Source: Bugula neritina (lineage: Eukaryota; Animalia; Bryozoa). Taken from it: a stretch of DNA of 64,000 nt. Positions 42,701 to 54,100 of this stretch are shown here, one piece after another. Location: NCBI GenBank assembly GCA_964035545.1, contig OZ037769.1, forward strand, positions 2,728,001-2,792,000, given 5' to 3'. Made by a program: the position numbers and the translations under genes. Numbering within the stretch: the stretch's first letter is position 1; the number at the start of each line of letters is the position of its first letter. Below the pieces are notes generated by a model. That model saw only the letters and a program-made list of their open reading frames with translations, did no database searches and was not told the DNA's origin.

Positions 42701-45700
42701 CACTTGACTGAAAATCAATGTTTGCACAGTTGAAGTAAGCTGGTCATTTTTATTTCACACACAAAGAGTGATATTAAGTCGCCAGCTATACTCATGAAAT
42801 ACTAAAAGAGTCAAATGCTAATAGCATGGTGACAAGTGAACTAATATTAGAAATGGTTCTTTAAATTCAATTAATAACTTTGATTACCTACAAAAGTCAA
42901 GTAAGTATAATTTTATTCATAGCTAATTGGTTATTGATGAATGGTGACAGTCAATCCTCAACCTCAACTAACTGCTGGTCAACAGTTTGACAGCCGTGTC
43001 AGGTGCTTGCTATCATTACAGGTTCTTATTAGTTCGTTGGAGAATATTTACAGTCTAAAATTTGCTAATGGAATTTTTTTCTTCCTTAATTTGAGAGTTT
43101 TTATTGCTACAAGGAGAGCTGGGAACTGGTTTAATATCAAATTTCTCTAATTAAATTAAAATTTTCAAGGTTTTATTTCCACCCTGAATTTCTCTGGAGT
43201 GTTGAGCAACAATGCCTGTAGTTATATAACATCCACAAATCACAAACATCTTTACAATTGGAGTTGTCATACACTTATTATTACTTGATAATATGCTACA
43301 GTAAAACAACTTAGTGGGTTAGAACTAGCTGATATAAACTATATAAACTCATTCAGTGCTTCTACTCCATTCACACTAACAGTACATGTAGCATGTAGTA
43401 CTTAATTTATAGTCGGCCAAACTGGGCACCATGTTGGGAGTGTATCTGCCAACTATACAGAACATATTCGGAGTTATCCTCTTTATCAGACTCACCTGGG
43501 TGGTTGGCATGGCTGGCTGGATGGAATCGTTCTTTATAGTCTTACTTTGCTGTATAACGGTAAGTAAAGTTTTACTAAAGGTATTTGATACCTTTGATAT
43601 TTGATCAAGATAATGTAATACATGATATACAATGTAAAATAGCATGCTAGTAGGATGCTAGCATGGAAATAAAATTGTGGTAGTTGCATTTTTGTGAGTC
43701 TTTCTTTTGTATGATTCTATTTGTCATGTATGCCATGTTGGAAGTTGATATAGTATGTATATTAGCAGCTGTATACTCATAGTAATACGTCACACTTTCT
43801 CTCCTACAGACGTTGCTTACAGCCATTTCCATGAGCGCCATCGCTACCAACGGGGTGGTGCCTGGTGGGGGATCCTACTTCATGATATCAAGATCTTTAG
43901 GGCCGGAGTTTGGAGGAGCCGTTGGTATTTTGTTCTACCTGGGGACCACCTTCGCCTCTGCTATGTATATACTTGGTGCTGTAGAGATATTGCTTGTGAG
44001 TATTTTGTGTCGTATGTCGTGTATGTTTACCCACAATGCCCTCAATATCCTCTTTCACTTGTGTTGAGCTGCTTGCGGTGTTAGTCTACCACATGACTTT
44101 GAAACTGTTATGATGAAGGCTGGTCTACATGTAGGATGATCTCAGTCTAACTGCAACTAGTTTGGGGAGGAAGGGGGGGGGGTTCCCTTTAGCTCCAACA
44201 TGTTCCTATAGCTTCATAGGTAGTTGTCTTCTCTCTGTAATATGACCGGAAATTTTATTGTCAGTTTATTAGTTTTCAATGTTGAAAAGGATGTCTTCAT
44301 TTCAAGTTTTCATGTTTATTGATTGAGTTTTATTATACAGAACATTTCATTTTCAACAGACTCTTTGATTAGGCCATAGATAATTCTGAAACGCATGTAA
44401 AACTTGTTACAGTAATTTTTCCCATGTAAGTTTGGTGTATGACTGGTGATTGAGAGGCAATTAGCTGATGTTCAAATTACTTAATCACAGTGTTAGTAGC
44501 CACTTAGCTGATGAGTTTCTGTCTGCCTGCACTTCATCAACTACCTCTAGAATTCTAGTCATGTCATGTGACTTAGCTAACTCGCATGCAATTTGGTTAA
44601 TTAAACTGTTTCAGTCACGACACCTGCTACTTTACCAATTTCTTATCTAATTGTCTATGAGATTTACTTTGTGTTAATTAGGAATAATCTATTTGACTCT
44701 TGCTTCAGCTAAGTTCTCATGTATTGACTTCTGATAAAAGTACAATTTTGCAGCAATTTTGTATTTGAAAAGTTGGAGTTGTCATCTCGTGTGTAAAATA
44801 GACAGTTGAAGTAAATGAACTACATATATACTTTCATGTAATCATGTCACACAAAGCTATGTATGAATCATAATTCTACCTGTTAATATATTGCAATCAC
44901 AAAGATATGTATAAATATACCAGTGGATACATTGAAATCACACGGAGCTATAAATGTACATGTAAAGATATTTCTATTTGCTGTTATTTTAAGTAAATCT
45001 CATGTCTCAGATCATCCAATCAGGTTTTAGTATCATATAAGTCTTTTCTATTTTATATTCATAATGTAATAAATATGCTACATTCATACGAGTAAAAGTT
45101 GTGTATATAGAAATACATGGCTCCAGAGGCGCTGATCGTAGGTGAAGACGTATACAACGCTGCCGATGCTGCCAATAACTACAGGATATACGGCACAATT
45201 CTCCTGCTACTGCTCTTCTTCTGCGTCTTCCTCGGGATGAGGTTCGTCAGCATAGTGGCTGCCGTGTCACTGTCCTGCGTCATCCTCTCCATCATCTCCA
45301 TTTACATCGGCATCTTTGCGTCCGGCTCCACTCCAAGCATAAAGTAAGTGTATTTATTGAGTAAGTAAAAGAGTAACTTTGTGCTAACATGAAAACTTTG
45401 CTGTGAATCACCATCGGTTTAGTTTTGCTCTCGAATCTTGCATCAACGTGAAGAATCAGTTCTATTCTAGTGTTTCTACTTGAACATTTCTATTAAAACA
45501 GGGTGTGCTACTTGGGAGACAGGTTAATGAAGACAACCAATTATATGATAGGTGACAAAATGTACTGTATGAAGAATAGTACAATAGACCTTGGAGATAA
45601 CAAGACTGAGGTCGCTCCACTATGGGACGCGTTTTGTAAGAAGACCGGTAATTGTACTGTTTTCTGGGACAACAACGAAGTCAGTTTGAAGGATGCAATA

Positions 45701-48147
45701 CCCGGCCTCAATTATAAAGTTTTCCTAAGTGAGTTCACAGGCTATAGTTTCACTTTATCTGTATCTTAGCGTCAGTTCACACTCTCAGTCTTTATCTTCC
45801 TCACCGCTCCAAAGGTTTTTTCATGACGGTGTAACGCTGCAAATACTTATTCCGCATATCATTGGTTATTACAGGAAATATGTGGCGGAGGGTTGTGCTT
45901 GCCCCGCCTAAACATAGTAGGTATTAACTATCGATACTCTGCTAGTACGGGGGGTGTGGTACACCCACCCGTAGTATTGTATTGAATGGAGCTCTCCTCA
46001 GTATGTATGGGGTCCAGTGTCATATGTAACAACACTGTACGCTACTAATAATATGCTGATGTATTGCTCACTCACTCACTCTTCCTCAGCGCTGCGTCTA
46101 GAAACTTGTATGTAATCATCTCTTGTCATATTCCGCAGGTAACAGAGTGAATAAGTACAGAGACAAAGGGGAATACGTCACAGGAAGTTCTACCGACCAT
46201 GGGAATAAGTTAACGGACATTTTGGCCGAGTCTAGTACTACGTTCACCCTTTTACTGGCTATATTCTTCCCTTCCTGCACAGGTAATATAATACAGCAGG
46301 TAGGTTGTATATACTGTACAGGTAATATAATACAGCAGGTATTTCAAATTATACTTCCACTGTATATACTAATACTATGCATTAATTGGAATGTGAACCA
46401 TGTTTCTTCATAAGAATGATAAGATCGTGTATTTCTATTACACAGAAAGCAAGTCTAGATGCATGGCTGTAGCTGACTAATGTATATTGTAACTGGTGGT
46501 GTGTATTATACTTACAGGTATAATGGCTGTATTATACTTACAGGTATAATGGCTGTATTATACTTACAGGTATAATGGCTGTATTATACTTACAGGTATA
46601 ATGGCTGTATTATACTTACAGATATAATGACTGTATTATACTTACAGGTATAATAGCTGTATTATACTTACAGGTATAATGACTGTATTATACTTACAGG
46701 TATAATGGCTGTATTATACTTACAGGTATAATGGCTGTATTATACTTACAGGTATAATGGCTGTATTATACTTACAGGTATAATGACTGTATTATACTTA
46801 CAGGTATAATGGCTGTATTATACTTACAGGTATAATGACTGTATTATACTTACAGGTATAATGACTGTATTATACTTACAGGTATATTGGCTGTATTATA
46901 CTTACAGGTATATTGGCTGTATTATACTTACAAGTATAATGGCTGTATTATACTTACAGGTATAATGACTGTATTATACTTACAAGTATAATGGCTGTAT
47001 TATACTTACAGGTATAATGACTGTATTATACTTACAGGTATATTGGCTGTATTATACTTACAGGTATAATGGCTGTATTATACTTACAGGTATAATGGCT
47101 GGATCGAACAGGTCAGGTGATTTGAAAGACGCTAGCAAGTCTATCCCCATAGGCACTATCCTTGCCATTGCCACCACCTCCCTGGTCTATTTGTCTTGTG
47201 TGCTCTTCTTTGGTGCCACAATTGAGGGGGACGTGCTTCGAGATAAGTAAGTGTTATACTGTATGGTATACTGTATATACTGTATATACTGTATAGGTAT
47301 GGAGAGAGTATTATATACTGTATATACTGTATATACTGTATAGGTATGGAGAGAGTATTATATACTGTATATACTGTACAGGCACAGAGAGAGTATTATA
47401 TACTGTATATACTGTACAGGTACAGAGAGAGTATTATATACTGTATACTGTACAGGTACGGAGAGAGTATTATATACTGTATATACTCTACAGGTATGGA
47501 GAGAGTATAGGTGGTAAGCTGGTTGTCTCGGAACTCGCCTGGCCTCACTTCTGGGTTATTCTCGTCGGATCTTTTCTCTCCACTGTCGGTGCTGGGCTAC
47601 AGAGTCTCACAGGTATTCCCATTTTGATGATGTCATCAGAATATGTGCTGGGCATGGCGAATCTTGCTATGATGTCGGTATTGTGTGGTAACATGAGTAT
47701 GTTTGGTGTTGCCTTTTCACCTGCAGTATGTGTACGTATACATGTAGTCTGAGTATGTATATATAGTCTGAGTATACAGTATATAGTCTGAGTATATAGT
47801 CTGAGTATACAGTATATAGTCTGAGTACACAGTATATAGTCTGAGTATACATGTAGTCTGAGTACACAGTATATAGTCTGAGTATGTGTGTTCCAGGTGC
47901 ACCTCGTCTCCTCAATGCTATAGCTAAAGACGGTGTGATCCCCTTCCTCGGTGTGTTTGCCAAGACTACAAAGAAAGGAGAGCCCTTGTTTGCCCTCATG
48001 CTAACAGCCGGTATCTCAGAGATTGGGATACTGATCGCCAGTCTCGACCAAGTCGCCCCCATTATTACAATGTAGGCACCGATAGCTCTCTTATGGTTTC
48101 AATTTAAGAATTTTTTTTTCTAATTGGCCACACTGCATACTCTGCTG

Positions 48148-48180
<33 letters not shown>

Positions 48181-51100
48181 ACATATCACAGACATGGAAA
48201 CATGTTGTGAAATTTAGTGTAAATACTGGCTATAATAAGTAGACATAAACAAAAGTGGAAAAAAAGGCAGAACTCTGTTGGATTATTTAAATTAAAGTAC
48301 CATTTAAAGTATTTACAAGGTGTTGTGTGGCTGATATATATTTTCTCGGCAGTGGCTAATCTGTTTAATATCGACGATATATGGTGTTGAACACTGAGCT
48401 GGGGAGTGTAGGGGCTGGTAGTAGTTGACCTTCACCCTTCCTATGTCTCTAGCTGGTTGCTATTCAACTGATATACATACACGGGGACAGGCGGCTAATG
48501 TGGCGCATTTTGTGCATATTTCTGTGAAATATCTGGTTTTTGTTTTTAGATGTTGAAAGCATATTTACAGATATTGATAGCATATTTACAGATATTGATA
48601 GCATATTTACAGATATTGATAGCATATTTATAGATATTGATGGCATATTTACAGATAAAATTCTGTTCCACTGACTGAAAATTTTAAACTTCTGCTGAAT
48701 GTTTAGGTTCTTCTTGATGTGCTATGGATTTGTAAACTTAGCCTGTGCTCTCCAGACCCTGTTGAAGTCTCCCAGTTGGAGACCCAGGTTCCAGTTCTAC
48801 CATTGGTAAGGGACATAGCGCATTTAGTTTCACAGGCTTATTAGTTCATGCAGTATCTCACTTTGCTAATATTAGTATAATACAGGGAGTTCACTGAGTA
48901 TATAGTTTTAATATCATGTAGCAGGGTTAAGCTGGTAACACACTGAATATTCATACTGAGGCTGCATATTTTCTGTCTCAGTTATGTAATGGTGACTCAT
49001 AGCATAAGTTAAAGAGCTGCTTTTTGTAGAGCTTTTGTTATTATATTCTATTGTAATACGACTTTGTGGTTTGTAGAATTTATTTGTTTGTCAGTATAAT
49101 AGTTCTACAGCTAGTATTTATATTTTATAATGTATATCTATATTTACTGTTTCTATAATATTGTACTTATATATTATTTATATTATATGATATTTTATTT
49201 CTGTATTGTTTATATTATACTTTTACATTTATTTGTATTTTCTTATATTTTTATATTACTTATGTTATACATGGAAAATATTTATGCTATGTATTTTTTA
49301 TAATCTGTATATTATTTCTATATTATTTATATTATATTATGTTTCTATATTATTTATATTATATTATTTCTATATTATTTATATTATATTATATTTCTAT
49401 ATTGTTTGACAGGACACTCTCACTGATAGGCTTATTCCTGTGCATTGCACTTATGTTTATTAGTGGCTGGTACTATGCACTGTTAGCTCTGGTTGTAGCT
49501 TCAGGAATCTACAAATATATAGAATATAAAGGGTACGTACACCTACTAGCCCGCATTCTGTCTATAAGATTACCAGTGTTCCCTACAGATTAAGACATAC
49601 ATATTTATGATAGTTTGATAGGCCAGCATTGCTGTTGGCATACTGCACAGTAATCTACCTAGTATCAAATATTTGTGTATGATGTAAATCACATTGTAAT
49701 AATTATAAAATGTATTTTTATTTACCATATTTGTGACACACTTGTTCTGTTGCTAGGCTATTTCTAGTGGTTAAGGTGCAGTCTAACAATAAATTTATTG
49801 TCTTGATTACTTTGAAAAATAATATATCTAATCCAAACACTTTCACAATCAGTTTCTTAAAGGATATCTAATAAATTTATATTACTATAATGCATTCACA
49901 TTACTCTAATGTATTCACATTACTTTAATGTATTCACATTACTCTAAATCATTTACATTACTCTAATGCATTCACATTACTCTAATATATTCACATTACT
50001 TTAATGTATTCACATTACTCTAAATCATTTACATTACTTTAATACATTCATATTACTCTAATGCATTCACGTTACTCTAATACATTCACCTAGCCCTAAT
50101 ATATTATCAGATTGTTATCATATTTTGGATTAAAGTTTCCGTCTACTTAGCTCAGGTTCTATGTTACAGAGCAGAGAATGAATGGGGGGACGGTATACGG
50201 GGCCTTTCACTGTCTGCGGCTCGGTACGCCCTGATGAAACTGGATGAGAACCCACCCCACACCAAGAACTGGAGGTTAGACTGAGTTTACACATGTACTG
50301 TTTGTGATGAGATGTGAATGTTAATAATATATAGCTTGAGTTCTACTCGTAACACTACTGTTGTCGGGGCTGTTATGCAGGCCCCAGATTCTGATGCTGG
50401 CCAAGTTGGACGAGCAGCTAATTCCTCGATACCCCAACATGTTTGCCTTCGCCAGTCAGCTGAAGGCGGGTAAAGGGCTCATCATTGCAGCCTCAGTTCT
50501 AGAAGGCGATTACCTGGAGAAGGTCGGGGAGGTTGCTGCTGCCAAACAGGTAGTCATCAATACTGCTAGATACCGAGCTATTCCATTTTATGTATTTTTC
50601 AATTTAAATTTTGCAGTTTGTTGAAAAAAAGTGGGTAGATTAAAGCTGTTGTAATCAAATATTTAAAATTGTTTCACGTCTGCTCTTGGATTTTTCTAGA
50701 ACTGAATCATTATTATGTTGTGCAGTATTTTAACATACGAGGGTTTAAGATTTGTTCTTCTCTAGTGTACCCTCATTTCCTATTGATAAATAAATTGTTA
50801 CACGGTATAATATTGGTTCCCCGGATATCATTACTAACTCTTTCATTTCTAGGAGATTCAGAGATTCCTCAGAGATCATAAGGTCAAAGGTTTCACACAA
50901 GTCGTGGTGTCCAAAGACATGGAAGATGGAATGAGTCAGCTGTAAGTACATATGTACCTCCTAGCAGATATCCTCATTCTCCTAGCGGATATCCTCATTC
51001 TCCTAGCAGATATCCTCATTCTCCTAGCAGATATCCTCATCATCCTAGCAGATATCCTCATCATCCTAGCAGATATCCTCATTCTCCTAGCAGATATCCC

Positions 51101-54100
51101 CATTATCCTAGCAGATATCCTCATCATCCTAGCAGATATCCTCATTATCCTAGCAGATATCCTTCTAGCCTTCAGTTTGCGGAGTCTGTTGTTGAACTTG
51201 TACCACCCTGTCCAAACTGGTCACCAGAAACCCTGGAACTAGGTCTAAATATGCAGCATGGTTAGGAAACTCAACACTCACACAAATTGCCAAACTCCAC
51301 TTTATCTTAGCCGATATGTGGTTTTGAATATTGCTAAAACATATGGTTGCTGTTTGAAATTGCTGCTTGGAATAAACTTTTGCTATGCAATCTCAAAGTG
51401 CCTGATAATCCTAAGTTTTTTTAACTAGCGTCCCGCACTTTCTGATGTAGGCACCAGTACCTGGTGCTCCCAGGCTATTTTGAGTACCTCTCCCAGTCTT
51501 ACGAATGTTCATGTTTAGTTGACACTACTTCTTACTGTATACATTTCCTCTTACTGGCTTTTTAATATTTAAACTTGTTTTAATATATTAGCTGAAATCC
51601 TAACTGAGGAAAATATTTCCTACATTGTAGCATACAGGCTGCAGGACTGGGCGGGCTTAAACACAACACCATCATGATTGGCTGGCCGTATGGGTGGAGA
51701 CACGACACCGAGAAGAAATCGTGGAAGAATTTCGTGTCCGCAATATGCCAGGCCGAGGCTGCGAGCTGCGCCTTGCTGGTTCTTAAGGGAGTGCAGCTCT
51801 TTCCCGCCAACTCTGAGAGGATGGTGGGGACTATAGACATCTGGTGGATAGTCCGTATCCTTTGTAGTGCTAGTCATTGGTGCTGAGGCTAAATATGACT
51901 CATTAGAGGTTATCTGTAAAGTAGTTCCTGTCCATGTACTTTAATCTGCATCCTTTCTAAATATGACTGTCTAAATAAATTGAGTTAGTGTAATTGCTAG
52001 TAAAGTGAATTTCAGTGAATATTTTACCTGTATAGGTTATTATTACCAGTTAATTACGCTTAGATGGGATGGCTATGGAAATAGTGAGAGTAGGTCAGTG
52101 CAGTTACAGTATTTAGTAGTTGTCTTTTCCTGAACTGGTTGATTAGATGACGGAGGATTACTCATGTTGCTGCCGTTTCTCTTGAGGCAGCACAAAGTCT
52201 GGTCAGGCTGTGTTCTCAGAATATTTACTGTAGCTCAGATGGAAGACAACTCTATACAGATGAAGAAAGACCTGGAAGTGTTCTTGTATCACCTCCGTAT
52301 TCAGGCCCAGGTTCAGGTTGTCGAACTGGTAAGTGCTGATATACTCTGCTAGACTTATTCTTTAGATGTACGTCAGCAGATGCTGCCTCTCTTACCATTG
52401 GTTGTTGTCCTACCTTGTTTTTCAACTAATAATATTTCTGCGAAGCTCTCTGGTAGCACAAATAAGTTTAATTATTTGCTGATGTTTGATCGGCTGACGG
52501 AATAGTTTTAAATGAAAGTTTTAAGGTTGTTGCTATTAATCTCGTTTTCTACAATAAAAGCTCATGTCTGTTCAAAGTCTCCACTCCTGTAAATATTCTT
52601 GTGAGGTGGGCCAAGGACTATGTATGCTGTGGTATAGAAACAACTGTGACATCACCAAATACCCACTGGGAGTCAAACCCGTAACCTAGTAGACGTTAGG
52701 TTCATGCTCTAAGTACTGTAACATTACTTCTCCCTTTTTATGACAACATTAGATTTTCGTACTTATGTTTCTGATAACGAGTGAAATGGCGACCTAAGGT
52801 GATGGCATTACAAAGAATGTTTGCTAATAATGAAGTTTATTAAAGAAGTAAAGTGTAAGCGTTGTACTCTGTTTACTGCATAGACTGAGAGCGACGTGTC
52901 CGCCTACGCATACGGTAGAACCATCATGATGGAGCAGAGAAGTCAGATGTTGAGGGACCTGAATCTTTCCAAGAAGGAGAAGGAAGTTGTGGTGAGTCTA
53001 CGTTGTCATAGCAACCAGTTTTACACTTTGATTCAACTGGAATAGCAGGCTGTTGAAGTGACGGAGTTGTCAACACTTGAATTAATATTGTGCAATCTTG
53101 AGTGTAGGTTAAACATTAGATTTGATGGTAAAATGTCTGAATATTATAATTTTGTTTGATTGTGTCAGTTCCCGATGGTTCGGCGGCCATCTTTGGCGCC
53201 AGAACAGCGCGCTGAGTCCGCCCCTCCTAGCTCTCAGAACGTTGAGGAGGAGAAGGCTAAGGTAACACATGTGTCTCTTCTGTATCACTCATAGCCTGTG
53301 TTCCCTTGGTCGCACCCCCTTCCTCAGTTCACTCTTTGTTCTATAGCACTTGCTCTATTCTGGTTCCATTTACATGTGAACTCCTTCTAGATTATTCCTC
53401 GTACTAATTATACTGAGTTGGACTGCTGTCAACACGTTGCATTGTGTCCAGTAGAAGTAGTAGAATCTTATATCTGGCTGAATATCTCAGCTAATGACTG
53501 ACGGATACAAATTTTGAGAATTTAGCATTTTATTAAAACTGTATGCACGTAGGAATACTAAACTCCTATTCTTGTGTGGTTTTATGTTTTTTGAATTTTA
53601 TATCTTCCTATGCGTTTCTACTAAATTATTAGCGAGCTATTTCTCAATAATTTCATTATGTTCTCTTGTAATGTTAATAGATGATTGTTAGTAAATGATT
53701 TTATTTTATGAGGTTTGACTTCGTTTTCGGAAACAAAAATTCGGTTATTAAGTAATCGTAGTTGACTGCTAGTTTTAATTACATTTTAACTTTGAAAATT
53801 ATGAATAAGTACATTTTATGTTCTACTATGCTATCAAAAATTAATTCGATTCATTGGTTGCATAATAAGAAACATTATAAAACAGATTTTGATTTTCATT
53901 AACTTCATCACTGAAAATGGAGTATTTTTAAATTAATTATGTAAAACAGAATTGAATAAAATCAGTTATGCCACTGAGTATTGAAAGATTAGTCTATTAT
54001 GATAATAATTAGTAAAATAATAAATCATTTTGTTGGCTGGGGTTTTGCTTTTTTTACAAGAGACTGATATTTCACAGCTCCGGCAGCTACGTACCTTTTC

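Noticed and set aside
46503-47100. CRISPR-like array
   Set aside because: Head-to-tail repeats with no unique spacers, no cas genes, in a eukaryotic intron.
50936-51242. LADILIL / RISAR repeat ORFs
   Set aside because: Readings of a 21-bp intronic minisatellite with no coding support.
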